The notes: generated from the letters alone by a model not told the origin. Numbered from the whole stretch's first letter, positions 1 to 13,195 are shown. The stretch: 63,931 nucleotides of DNA, filler included, from Reticulomyxa filosa (GCA_000512085.1; 19 parts of 19 records of this genome joined end to end with filler, not necessarily neighbours in it), one strand, 5' to 3'. Numbers and translations are program-made.

Positions 1-18
1 AAAAAAAAAAAAAAAAAG

Positions 19-1067
19 TCAAGCACTAGAACTTAATACATGTGCCAAAGAGATGGCCGGATTTTCCCACGGATAAGAGTAATAGATAGCAAACAAAAAC
101 ACATCCATGCTACAGTATCCAGCAATCAGCCCCATCCACGAGCCTACCAGTCCGAGTTTGCAAGCGAATGCAAACACAGCGGCCAAGGGTAGTCCGATAA
201 ACCAAGCAGAGACGATAATGGCATAGACCTTTAATTTTTTTGAAAAAAAAGTATATATACATATACATATACATATATATATATGAAAAGGAGAGACTAC
301 TCAACGGCCTTAGTTTGCAAGGAGAGCCCCCTTAAAATGCCTTGGGCAATTCCCTGATAAGCGTCAAAAAGAATAAAGATGGCAGCAAAAGGAGCGACGG
401 ATTCGGAGATGCTAATGACGGCGGGGTCCGGCGTGAACAAGCGAGCAATCTGATGCCTAGCGACGAAGATGGTGACGGTGATGGTACTGGTGGTGAAGAG
501 TGGGACACACCAGCCGCAAATGGCGACCTGTTTGGCTAGTCGATATTGCTGACTGCCAATCAAATGGCCCAGTCTGGCGGACAAAGCAGTGGAGAAGCCG
601 AAAGGGAGCATAAACGCAAACGTGACCACGAGAATATAGATACTGTGAGCAGCCAACACGTTGGTACCAAGCAGCCCGACCAACAGCGCATTGGCTTCCC
701 AACTCCACCACTCGTTGCATTGCGTGCCAATCCCCGCCAACGCCAATATCGTGTAGCCCTTCATTCCAACGAACTTTTCCAGAACAAACGACTTTTCCAA
801 CTCATCCGTTGTTATTGTTGTCGTCTTTGTGCTATTCAGGCCAGTTTTATCTTTGTCTTTGTCTTTGCTATGTTTATCATTCTCTCGTTCTCGCTCTTCT
901 TCTTCTTCTTCTTCTTCTCCTTGCGCTTCCTCCTCTTCTTCATCTTCTCCTTCTTCTTCGGAATGAAGGGGTCCATTCGATTGAGGTGAGGTTAATTCCA
1001 ATTGAGTCGGTACCATGTTTGATCCGACATCTTCTTTCCAACGAATTGCATACTTCCACGTCCATGC

Positions 1068-1111
<44 letters not shown>

Positions 1112-2456
1112 AAAACAACAACAAAAATATTAAAGCTCAATTCAATTCAATTCAATTAATACGCACACACAAATATATACATATATATATGTATACATAT
1201 ACATATGTATACATATATATATACATATATATATGTGTACATATATATACATATATACATATATGCATTCAAAACATTGGAAAGTCTGCGGCAAATGAGG
1301 CTGAAAGAACATTATATAAAAGTGCAAAGCTAACACATAGAGGAGCGTAGAAATGATATTGCACCACACTGCGCCCACAAATCCGTAAGTGGGAATAGTG
1401 AGGTAACACAGTATCCCATGGAAGATACATAGGAAGATCACTGAAAACACTACCTGACATTGCACCACATTTTGACACGTCAAAAATCTCCTTTGGACAT
1501 CTACTAACCCAAACAATGGTAAAAACAGGATATATCTGTCCATTTTATTTTATTTTTTTTTTAGAAATGGAAAAAAAAAAAGTCACAGTTATTAATTCAT
1601 TTGTTACTAACTTAATGAGTAAGTATATATTATGTACATGTTATGTATATGTATGTGTACATATACATTATATAAAAGGGACAAGAAACACTCAACATTT
1701 TGCAAAGTAAACCTGCTCGTTTCGATGCCTCAACTGGTTGACCCAATCCGATCAGTAAGGGTGTCATGAACAGCCACACTATCCCAATGATTACCCATGT
1801 CATTGCCGCAAGTATCACTCCGCGCTGTGTCGCCAATGAATACAATGCATAATGTCGACACCCATATGCCTGCATTGTATGTTACACCGCACATGGCACA
1901 TTGCAAACGTAACACATATATGTATGTAGGTATGTATGTGTGTGTGTGTGTATGTATATGGCATGACTCAATCGTATGCAAAAAGACTCTCTGTTGAAAA
2001 GGAGGTCATAATAATAATAATAATAATAAAGGCTTACTTTTTTTTTTTTTTTTTTTTTGGGGGGAGGGGCTATTGCCTTATTATTTTGTTCCTTACATGT
2101 CCACATAACGTATCCATTGCAGACAAAGCTCCTGTGATGCATGCCAAACCAGTCAAATTCGTTACCAATGTCCCAAGTGTTATTCCTGCGAAATCGTCCG
2201 TGCTCAAATACCTTCCCACAAATATTATTGTAAAAGATCGGTAGTTTCCACCAACCAAACTCACAAACAGTGATGGACCTGCAATATACAACAAAGCTCG
2301 CAATTCATTTTTCCATTCATCTGAGAGCCAAACTGATGCTCTCCCAAGGGACATGTCGTCTCTCGTCCCTTGCATTTCACTATCTATTGTTAGATGTGTC
2401 TCGTCTTTGATATTATCGCTTGGTGGAGCTGGACTATCTATAGTATCGCTCTGCAT
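19..2456 (-). CDS. MATE-family transporter, multi-exon
   Basis: Exons give FAGITLGTLVTNLTG..GALSAMDTLC, QAYG, CNEWWSWE, PFGFSTALSARLGHLIGS, FDAYQGIAQGILRG and WFIGLPLA..LGLVGSWMG, all MATE signatures. An acidic insertion sits in the central loop. The 3' end is uncertain. Confidence 0.9.
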
Positions 2457-2687
2457 AATTTTGTTTATTTATATAAATGTATATTAGTTGGGCACTGAGT
2501 TTTTAAAAAAGTGGGTTTTCAACATAGTTTTCTTATCAAGTAACATCAAAGATCTTTAAAAAATTTTCTGTATGCACAAGCAAAAAACTTGAAATTTTGT
2601 AAATTGAAATATACAAACGACGCTTGTAGGTATTGAAGCAGCTGCTATATTCCATAATGGATCAGTTAAAAAGGGGCTCAATGTGGC

Positions 2688-3030
2688 ATGATGAATAAGA
2701 GCAGGGTTAGCTTAATCTGTGTATCTTCTCGTTCTATAAGGGTATATCCTCGAAATAGGAATACCCCAAGGTTGGATCCTAGACAGTACTTGGATCAAGT
2801 GAAAGCGAAAGAACGTCCCAAAAGTTAAGCATTAATTTGGTTTGAGAATATCAAGCAAAGAAGTGTGAGCGATAAACCGTCGTGTATCTTTTTTACAGAA
2901 GAACAGCAATTCATTGTAAAAAGATTGCAGCTGAATGAGCACGGCGAGCCTGAAAGTAAATACCCAGGATGGTTGCCGCGCGCAAATGAGACACTGTACG
3001 TCCGCGACAGGCGTATATGGAAAGAAGAAG
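2688..3030 (+). CDS. Unknown protein, 5' part; possible mitochondrial presequence
   Basis: ATG at 2688 gives MMNKSRVSLICVSSRSIRVYPRNRN (R/S-rich, no acidic residues in the first ~29 aa). GT-AG intron 2824-2898 joins in phase to EQQFIVKRLQLNEHGEPESKYPGWLP. Truncated by the contig end. Confidence 0.6.
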
Positions 3031-3066
3031 TGATGTGTGTGAAAAGGGGGTTTTCGCATTGAAAAC

Positions 3067-3100
<34 letters not shown>

Positions 3101-3169
3101 AATGTATGCATATAAGAATAGATGGAAAATGTGAGAAGGAAATACAAACAAGAATATCACGACAAATTT

Positions 3170-3269
3170 NNNNNNNNNNNNNNNNNNNNNNNNNNNNNNN
3201 NNNNNNNNNNNNNTTAATTAATTAANNNNNNNNNNNNNNNNNNNNNNNNNNNNNNNNNNNNNNNNNNNN
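3170..3269. other. Artificial contig linker N44-TTAATTAATTAA-N44 (first of 18)
   Basis: 100-nt spacers with stops in all six frames start at 3170, 6903, 8909, 10786, 14691, 15840, 17893, 20004, 27626, 31747, 35887, 37025, 47712, 52073, 56492, 58802, 59989 and 61508. Confidence 0.98.
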
Positions 3270-3309
<40 letters not shown>

Positions 3310-3319
3310 CATTGCTGAA

Positions 3320-4565
3320 ATGCAATTGAATGAAGGCATGGAAATAGCACAAAGACTGCAGAGTGAAGAAAATAGTGATGCCAATGCGAATGAGGAAGTG
3401 GCTAGAATGGTTGAAAATGGACACTATGTGAAGAGCTTCACTTGCAAAAAGTGCAATGAGGCCAATGTTCATGGAGGGATTGAGCTGAAGAATTGTATGG
3501 ATCCTGTTTGCTATGATTGCTTTGAAGATATTGTTGATCAAGCACTTTTGCTGAGACAATCACCTCAATGTCCCACTTGTTTCACTGATATTAATATCGA
3601 TGACGTCCGCAGACATAAAAACGCTTCCATTGCTGATCAAGTGAGTGAAATGCTTTCCACCACTGCCATTCTCGGCTTTGATGACACATTTTCTTGCTTT
3701 AGCGTCGGCTGTGGTGGATGTGTGGCTATTGAAAACAAGCATGTTACCCAGTTTCAATGTCCAAAATGTTATTCCAATAATTGCATTTTATGCAAAAGTT
3801 TTGCTTTTTTTTTAAAAAAAAAAAAATTAATCAAATCAGTTGACATTACGTTTAGTTGTGTGCTATTCCTCATGTCAAAGGTATTCACATTGCGGGAAAG
3901 TGTCCGTTGGCTCGGAAAAAAAAAAAGAAAGGGGGAGACCCACAAAGACAGTTATTTTGAAACGAAAAGAATGGATCTCAAATGAATATTTTTTTAAGCA
4001 ATGGGAGGAGTTTAAAGATAAGCCTGATCAACAAAAAGATGAACATAACGGTCAATCAATTGGCTTGGACGGTTTGGCTAAGATGTGCAAGTCAGTACAA
4101 GTTATACAAGGCAGTGAGGAATGGAACAATGTGTTACGCTATGTAAAAGATAAAGTTAATCGAACGTGGATACGAATTGATCGTATTCAGAACGGAAAGC
4201 TTTGGATGGCGTATCATCGCTACTGCCAATCATTAAAAGAACAAGGCATCCAACCTGAAGAGCGTGCATTTTGGCATGGAACAGGACAAACTCTTCCTTC
4301 CAAAATATGGAAAACGACGGGATTTGATATTACTTTTGCTCGCGTTGGAGGTTGTCTGTGGTTTGCTGCCCAAAATTCTTATTCTATGAGTGGTTTTCAA
4401 CATGTTAGTGGATCGAACTGTCAAATATTCTTAGCATTAGTCGCTACCGGGGTAGGCAGTGACTGCAAATTTATCCGAGGAGATACTATTTTGAATGTTT
4501 ATAAGAACGAATGCACTTATCCTGCTTATTTGATAACATATTCTGAAAAATCACAGGATTATTGA
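3320..4565 (+). CDS. RING-IBR zinc fingers fused to a PARP-like ADP-ribosyltransferase domain
   Basis: CKKC..CMDPVCYDC..CPTC (RING-like), then CFSVGC..CPKCYSNNCILCK[intron 3798-3880]SIHIAGKC (IBR), then IDRIQN..EERAFWHGT..GF..LWFA..YS..IFLALVATG..YPAYLITY (PARP fold). The second intron boundaries are unresolved and the gene may be 5' partial. Confidence 0.82.
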
Positions 4566-5376
4566 AAAGGAAAATCTTACATTCTTATTTTGTGAAGGTT
4601 TTCGAATTGTCTTTATAGTCTTTTGAATTGAAGCAGGTGTTGCCATTGTTGTATGACGAAAAACTCTTGCAACAATTATTTTCACAAAACAGGTAACAAA
4701 TCTCTTTGGATTGACCAAGTGTTTTTAAGCTAGAAACTGATGTTGGCAAACTGTCGCTTTAATCTCTTCAAATGTAATACACTTTCACGCTTTTGAGATG
4801 CGCTCTTACTTTACAAACACCAAATTTCCAACACAAGTTGCCTGCTTATACTATAGTTTCTTCTCTGACAGCTGCATCTAACCTTTGAAAATGAAACGGA
4901 TTCCTTTTCATCGGATTGTGATCAATTCCAAATAAAACTTAGCTAAATAATCGGCATATTTCACTGTTTGTGGTAATTGACATTTGGTGTGATTGATCGC
5001 TTAAGTTGGAGTATCAGTTTGCAAACAAATACTTTGATAAAAAGAGATTACATGAGTTTATGAACAAACGTGTTCACTTTATGTGAACACTGAATATCGT
5101 ATTTATTTTCTTAATCCTAAACAAACTGAAATTTAAAAATGGTTTTTGTCTGAGCGTTTACAACAAGTTAGCTAAGAATACTTGAAGAATTTACCTTTTG
5201 TAATAAGTTTTTCATTTTTTCAAATGGCCAACACAAAGCCATAACACACTCGACAAATTGAAAAATCATCGATGCGGTTTACAAGAATGTAGGGTTGATA
5301 AGCCACATCAGCACACAATCAAATATCATTAATAGAACAAATTAAAAGAGCATGAAATGGGGATTTATTTAATGTT

Positions 5377-6346
5377 TTATAGATCCAACAGAACTGAAAA
5401 GCAAAGTAAAAAAATGACATAAGACCCCAAAAGTATATAGCCACATTGCTTGGTCAGCTCCAAATTTGTATGATACATGCAAAAGATAAGTAATGCCAAC
5501 AATAAAAACAGCGCACTCATAAATGCTTCATAATTGGCGCCACCTTCCACTCGTATTGGTTGTCCACCGGACAGCAGTGACTATTTGTTTCGAACCCCCC
5601 ACCCCCATACAAGCAAGTAATGTTTTATATGATGTGTTGATGAGTTGTATGAACAACTCTTATATATTTTGTAAAACAGTAACTTTTAAAAAGAATGACA
5701 GGCCAGCACAAATTCCAATATCAAATACATTGCCTCCGAGCGCACTTGACACCGCCATGGTCCCTTTTCCATTCTTTGCGACAAGCACTGAGCTAAAACA
5801 ATCAGGCAACGACGTGCCAATTGCCAAAAGAGTGAGACCCATTACCTGTGCTGTTAGCCCGCAGCACACGCCTGTATTAAGTAGTATCATGAGAGAGATG
5901 TGACAATGTGTTTGTTTCCTTCCCTTCTTCCCCTTTCTCTCTCTTTCTCTCTCTCTCTCTCTTTCCCTCTTTCCTGTCAATGTACCTATTTTATTTGCGC
6001 AGTCAACAACTAAAAATGTCAGTAGTGCTAACCACAAAATGCAAGCCGCAAATATTTTTGCCAAACGCCGGTTTGGTATGTCGTCATAATTGGTGGTAAT
6101 GCTCAAAGAAGGTACTGTCAATGCAAATAAGGCGCGAAAAGGAAACGTACATTTTTCTCCGAGATATTTGCCAAGCACATACAATTCCGCAGGGTCAAAG
6201 TTACGAGCTCCTTGGCCCATCCATTTGTTCCATCGACTTTCCAGCCATTTCCACACTCTGGTGTTTGCAGGTTCGTAACGATGCGCTGGTGGAGCTACAG
6301 CAGTTGCTATTTCCTTCAAAGATGTGTGTGTGTGTGTGTGTGCTTT

Positions 6347-6388
<42 letters not shown>

Positions 6389-6818
6389 CCTTTTTCATAC
6401 CATGCTCGCGATGCCTTGTCCCCAAGTAGTGCCATCTCTTCGATGTGTATTGGGTGGCATTTTGCTGACCATGCAAGGACTATGTTGATTGGGGCTCTGT
6501 GTGGCGGCCACCTTTTTGGTTTTGGATTTGGATTTGGAGTTGGTTTGAGTGTCGCACATGACTTGGATTAAAGCGTTTTCGTGAGAGTGTTCAAACTGTT
6601 TGTGTGTGCTCAAATCAGTTTCCATTGTGTCATAGCCAGTGTTGGACTCGTATTTCTTCGTCGACTTGGAAGGACGTCCCAACAACCGTGCACTCGAGCT
6701 AGTCGCTTGATATCCGTTCGACAGTAAGTCGTGATCCTCCTCGGCAGAGGAGGAGTTGGATAAGAACAGCGACAATTCACTGGTATTGTCTTCTGTTGCC
6801 TCAGCCGACTCGCTTCTG
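5377..6818 (-). CDS. K+-dependent Na+/Ca2+ exchanger (NCKX/SLC24-like), C-terminal half
   Basis: Alpha-2 repeat GLTLLAIGTSLPD..AKNGKGTMAVSSALGGNVFDI and flanking TM helices. The last exon ends ..FSVLLDL* at 5377. Confidence 0.88.
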
Positions 6819-7002
6819 AGTTTTATTTCATTTCAAAACAAAACAAAATACATGGCACATATATAAATATATAAATATATAAATATATAAATATATAAAT
6901 ATNNNNNNNNNNNNNNNNNNNNNNNNNNNNNNNNNNNNNNNNNNNNTTAATTAATTAANNNNNNNNNNNNNNNNNNNNNNNNNNNNNNNNNNNNNNNNNN
7001 NN

Positions 7003-7593
7003 TTTATAATCCCCAAATTCGAATCTTACAATCTGTAGAATCTGACGCAATTGTATTATTATTTTGAGAAACATCTACACATATCATAGACACATGTTGA
7101 ACATCCTTTCAATGTTTTCCATTCTCTTCCTGTTTTAATGTCCCATATTCGAATTGTATTATTAGAACAGAATACAATAGATTTACCATCTGGAGAAAAT
7201 TTTGCACGTGTTACAAGAATGTTCCTTGAATTGTTTCAACCTTTTACCAGATTCTACATTCCACAGACTAATTGTTGTATCAATTGATGATGATATAATC
7301 ATTTTACCATCTGGTCCCATATTCGAACAGTGTGATCATCTGATGCTGAAACAATCTTGCGACTATCTGCAGAAAATCTTACACTGTTCACTGTATTGCC
7401 TTGCGCTGTAGAACTATTAACGATTGAAAATCTCTTATCTATTTAAAATATGATGTATATAATAACAATCATTTATATTTTCAAAAAAAAAAATACTTAA
7501 CATATTTCAAAATAATTTTGCTAAAATCATCAATCCATCCAAATTTTATTTTTAAAATTCAAATCAAATGTTGAATGACAAATTTGATTTCAC
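7003..7593 (-). pseudogene. Degraded GWI-cassette + WD40 gene
   Basis: IKFGWIDDFSKIILKY is preceded by an in-frame stop. WD repeats follow (VNSVRFSADSRKIVSASDDHTVRIWD; PDGKMIISSSIDTTISLWNV; FSPDGKSIV..IRIWDI), broken by deletions and frameshifts. Confidence 0.8.
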
Positions 7594-8388
7594 TATTTGA
7601 CTGTTTATTGTTGTTAATTGACCATACAGTACAATTTATTTTTGTACAAAGTAAGACAATTCTAAAAGATTGAAATGATTATTACCAGATGCGAAGCATC
7701 GCTCCATGCACTCACTTTTATCTTCATATGAGTTGATACGGAACAATTTTATCATTACATCCATCAATAATATGCATTTGGCTGGTTTCTTGGTTCAATA
7801 TCCCAAAGCAGTCGTTTTTTTATCTAAGGAGTGCACTATCTGAAAGATAACTCAACACAGACAAACAAACGAATAGTTATTACAAAGCTCAAGTTTCAGA
7901 AAGAATAGATTATTACTGCCTATTTCGAGTAGTTGCCATTCAGAACGTGAATATTTGATATAGTATTTTTTAAAAAGTAAGCAAACTTGTAATGTAATTG
8001 CTACAAAATTGAATCGAATTGATGATATTTGACCTTAAGAAGTGCATTGCAAATGCAAAATTGTTCAATAAAAACAGACATTATTTCAAAGAAATAATTT
8101 ACGTGTTTGAAATTTGAATTCTTTAATCTAACAAACATATTAACAAGTTCAAATGTTTTCCTCGAAATGGGTGAGAGAAATCATCTATTTACTTCTTGCA
8201 TCTTGCTTTAGCTTACACTTTTGGAATTTGAATGTAATTGACTTTTTTAAAATTAGTTATTAAGTTTTTTCAATTTGTGTTATTTTTAAATGTGTAAGTG
8301 TATGTTAATATTTTTTTGTTTTCGTTTTGCAAAATTGAAATAAAAGTTACTGAAACAAAATTATTTAATTTATAAGCAATTTTTTTTT

Positions 8389-8908
8389 TTATAAATTTAG
8401 CATATTTTGTTTCATTAATGTGCTATCTCTTTTAACGAATGGCATGCCGTTGTTAATTGTATATAATACTGCACCTTCAACGGCTATTTTTTTGTATTTT
8501 TCAGAAAGAAACATGCAAAATAAATTGATATTGTGATTGCAACAGCGTTTTTCCAAAAACTCGTTTATTCTGTTTTTGTATTTTTGTTTATTATTATCTT
8601 GGCATTTCCATTGTCCAAATTTAAATAATAATTCCATCGTCTCATTGATATTTCCTTTACACCAATCATTAAGTGCAACATAAACAAGATTTAAATCAAT
8701 GGAGTGATTCCACATTGCACTTATTTGCATAATTTGTTGGATATACTGATCATATCTTGTCCATGTCAATAATATCATTTGTGTATATTCATCTTCGCTC
8801 TCTACTTTTGCATTCCATGCATATTGTTCTTTATGTGTTTTCTCATCATAAACAGAAGTTATTGTAGATCTTGCAAACAAAATTTCACGTTCATGTTTGA
8901 ATGGAGAT
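8389..8908 (-). CDS. Hypothetical helical protein, 5' partial
   Basis: Open 163-aa frame of normal complexity. ALNDWCKGNINETMELL is weakly UBA-like. Confidence 0.6.
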
Positions 8909-9009
8909 NNNNNNNNNNNNNNNNNNNNNNNNNNNNNNNNNNNNNNNNNNNNTTAATTAATTAANNNNNNNNNNNNNNNNNNNNNNNNNNNNNNNNNNNN
9001 NNNNNNNNT

Positions 9010-10744
9010 AGAAAACAGATGTGGAAATGAAAGAAAAGCAACTGCAAAGTGAAGAGGAAACAAGTGGAGAGTTGTTGAGAGACTTAGAACGTAAAAAGCA
9101 CACGATTGGCGAGTTGAAAAGTGAGCTGAAGCGAATGCGAGCAAAAAACTCGAGTCTGAGAGAGCATATTAAAAAGCACAGTCAGGGGCAGCCAGGACAT
9201 GCCCTTGCATTTGGATCCGCAAAAGGTTCTTCCGTTGAACTGACAGAAGAAGACAGAAAATCCTCTCAGTCTTCGCTTCGGTACAATAACAAAACCTCAC
9301 GCAAATATCAAGTTTATATAAATTATGCTTTCCAACAAATATATACATACACTGTACATATAATTTATATATGTATATCCCAAAAAAAAAAAAAAAAAAA
9401 GTATACAAAGACGTGTGTACATATATTACATTTATAAAAATTGATAAAATGTGATTTTTGATGATCAGATGATCCAACAAAGTAATAAATTACTTCGCGA
9501 TGAAAATACTTCTTTGAAAAGCAAACTAAGCGAAATGGAAGCATTGATGAAACTGAACAACAAACTAGGAAAGACGGAACCGTCGTATTCCGCGGTTCAA
9601 TCTTCCTCTCCTCCTTTGGACGACACTGGAAAAGAAGCCGAGGATATAGTGTCGATGTGGAAAATAAGGCAATGCAAACTGAACGAAAACATTGACTCAT
9701 TGCAAAAGAAAGTCGACTCTTTGGAAAACCAAAAGTTGACATTGAATATCACCAACCAAAGATTGAAGCAGGAGCATGGCACGGAGCAAGAGCTGAACAA
9801 AATGATCAGTGGACATGTGAAGCGTGCCCAAGCCAATGTCGAAATGCTTCAAACCATTGCCTCACAAATTCGAGAAAAATGCGCTGTTTTGGCGGCGCCT
9901 CATCTGCCCGCACTGGCCCGATATTTCGAGCGTCTGGACTCGGAAATCTTGGCGTTGCAAACCAATTTGACCAATGCCATGTCGGAAAAGAGCAAGGGCA
10001 CCAATAGTCGAAGATGTAATAAAAAAAAAAAACAAAAATAAATACATTTTTTTTTTTTTTTACAATGAATTGAAACAACATATATATATACATATATGTA
10101 TATATATAGTCTATGACCGTCAATCGCTTCACACTGCTCCCATTGAAAGTAGCTCCGACGATGCAAGTCCGGTCGTGGACACGAATGAAAAGAGAAAGAA
10201 CGGTGAATGTGCAGACGTGTATTCGCGGAGCGCGGCGAATGTGAAACACTCACGTGTGATGACGATCCATCACAATCGCGAGTTTGACGAGCGATTGGTA
10301 CCAAAAGAGAAGTTGCAAAATATGAGGAAGAGCTCCGCCGCCACGGTGTATCACCATGGCAACGACGAAGCGACAGAATATCATTCCAACCAACACAGTG
10401 ATGATAATGCCGACGAAGTGGTGCCACCTCGCCATCATTCTGAACAGCAACAACAACACTTTATTACCATGAGTGACGGTCGGAAAATTTTTCCTCGAAG
10501 AAAGGTCGTTTCCAAACGGTCGCCGTCGCCAACGCGGACGGAGGATATTGCCTTCGATTACGAAAGCAGTCCCCCACAAGCGACTGAATTTATGCGCGTG
10601 CCGTCCGCTGACTCTTCCATTGCCAACAAGAGCAATCATGGCAGTCCCAAGGCAAGTCATTATGTTATCCATGAACCATCGTCATCGGCAACAAAGATGG
10701 AAAAAGCCATCAAAACGGAATCGGTGGGAAAGTTTGTCTTTTGA
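9010..10744 (+). CDS. Coiled-coil protein fragment with disordered tail, about 3 exons
   Basis: Heptad-rich E/K/L/Q segments in ORFs 9021 and 9451 and an S/P/H-rich segment in ORF 9974, separated by TA/poly-A introns. Confidence 0.7.
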
Positions 10745-10885
10745 AAACAAAAGAATTTTTTGTGTGTTTGTTTTTGCTTACTCATNNNNNNNNNNNNNNN
10801 NNNNNNNNNNNNNNNNNNNNNNNNNNNNNTTAATTAATTAANNNNNNNNNNNNNNNNNNNNNNNNNNNNNNNNNNNNNNNNNNNN

Positions 10886-11554
10886 CAAATGATTGAAGAC
10901 GACGACGAGATATTGATCGCATTGATTGAGGAATTGTACCGATTAGCGACGAACAAGTTGGTCGGGAAGTCGCGTTACTATTTTGCGGCGTTGATCCCAC
11001 CCTTTGAGAGACTATGTCAATGCGAGGAAAAAGTGATCCGCGAAGAAGCCGTAGCCAAGTTTGGCAAGATAATCATGGAGATCCCATTGGATCAATTCTA
11101 TGACTACACTCTGCCTTTTCTATCCAAGCTTTGCCGTTCCGAGTGGCACACAGCCAGGACCTCGGGTGTCACTCTCATCTCGTACGTGTTTCCAAAGGCA
11201 GCCTTGGGCAATAAAGGAAGCGACACAGACGAAGCCGATTGGACGGAATTGCCAATGCCATTGCGCGAACATTTGACCAAACGACGAGACAACTTTTCCT
11301 TTCCACAGTGCAAGAGCGACTTGCACACCTTGTTGGCTGAGTGCTGCGAGGATTCCATCCCCACTGTCAGACGTGCCGCCGTCATCACACTGGGCAAAAT
11401 GGTCGCCGTGTTGGACGACAAAAAAGAAGTTTCCAAATTCTACTTGCCTTTATTTAACAAGGTATCGCGCGAGGAACAAGACAATGTCAAAGTCTATGCT
11501 GTCGAAACCTTGATTCAATTTGGAAGAGTATTTGATTACACTGATACTGTTTCG

Positions 11555-11594
<40 letters not shown>

Positions 11595-12786
11595 TACATA
11601 TATATGTATATATATGTGTATGTATACATACATATATATTTATGTATGTATGTATATTCATTTTTTAATTCATTCCTTTATTTATTTATATATCCATTCA
11701 TTTGCTTTAGAAACGAGAACTCTATAGTCGCATTCGTGACTTTTGCATCGACAACGGGTGGCGTGTTCGCTACGTAGCCGCGGAACATTACATGGACTTG
11801 TGCAATATGCTGGATGACGACATGGTCAAAGTCTCGATGCTAGAGCTGTATGTCAATTTTTTAAACGACACCGAACCCGAAGTCCGTGCTGTTGCCTTGA
11901 GCGAGTTGCCCGGAGTTTGTGTCATCGTCGGACGTGAGCTGACCGAAGAGAAGTTAATCCCCGCTGTACAGGTCAAAGGCAAAGACCCCAACAAATATGT
12001 TCGTGCGGCCCTCGCTTCCGTCATTATCCCCTTTTGCCATTTGCTGCCTCATCAAACTGTTGCCAAGTCGCTGTTGCCAACGATTTTACTTATTTTAAAA
12101 GTATATAATTTTTTTTTTTAGATACATTGTTTAACGTATTACAATGCTTCATCATTACTTATTTGAGGGGGGGGGGGGGGAAAAAAAAAGGACGAATTTC
12201 CCAATGTTCGACTGCATGTAATAACGAATATATGCGATAATTCACTGCGTGCGAAAACAGTGGACACCTGGAAGGACTACCAGCAAAAGCGAGCGAAGCG
12301 CATGTTGGAATGGGAGAAAACCAAAGATACGAATAACACGGAAAAAAAGAAGCCTGAAAGGAAGGAAGAAAAGGAGAAACAAGACGAATTTGACGTGACG
12401 CAATTGCAAGAATCATTAATTCCCGCCATTGTGGAATTGACTTTGGACCGAGATTGGCGTGTGCGTCTGGGCATTGTTGAAAAGTTCCCCGCCTTGGCCA
12501 CCCAATTTGGAGCCAAGTTTTTCAAAGAGAAAATCTTCAAACTCATGCTCGGAGCGCTGCAAGACACCACCGCAGAAATACGATTGGCCGCCGCACAACA
12601 GTTGTTCCAAGTGGCACTTGCTTATGACAAAATCGAACAAAACAATTGTTTGAACAAATCCACTCCAAACCAATACGAAAGATTCCGATGGGCCAACGAG
12701 ATTCTAATCCCCGCTTTGCTTGACATGTGGAAGTCCAGTACACATTATTTACATCGCATTGTCATTCTCGACGTTTACCGTGTTAG

Positions 12787-12830
<44 letters not shown>

Positions 12831-13195
12831 TTATTTTGCAAATGTGGCAACAGTCTGGCAGTCAACATGTATACATTTACATATATACATATACATATAC
12901 ATATATATATATATAGTACTTATGTGAGGCAATGGGACCGAAAGAAAATCACAAACTTTTGGCTGAAATTGGAACTCAAATGGCCAGGGATACTGTCCCC
13001 AACGTTCGGTTCAAGGCTTCTCAAATATTACAGGCGTTGGCCGAACGCAACGTGATTGAACAAAAAAATTTGCAAAGCTTACTTCCGCAGTGCCAATATA
13101 CTATGGATGAAGATCGGGATTCCGATGTTCGATACTTTGCTGCTGCTGCTCATGAGGCACTTGCCAGATCCTTGACTACTATGCAACAACAATAA
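10886..13195 (+). CDS. PPP2R1A: PP2A scaffold subunit A (PR65, HEAT repeats), 5' partial
   Basis: DDDEILIAL, DSIPTVRRAA, GWRVRY, LNDTEPEVR, DEFPNVRL, LIPAIVEL..DWRVRL, DTVPNVRF, DRDSDVRYFA. Introns at 11549-11710, 12101-12190 and ~12782-12916. Confidence 0.95.

Noticed and set aside
809-1543. ORFs rich in poly-I/Y/L/F and YI repeats (here and throughout)
   Set aside because: Translations of intronic (TA)n, (TAT)n and poly-A/T, or antisense shadows of real exons.
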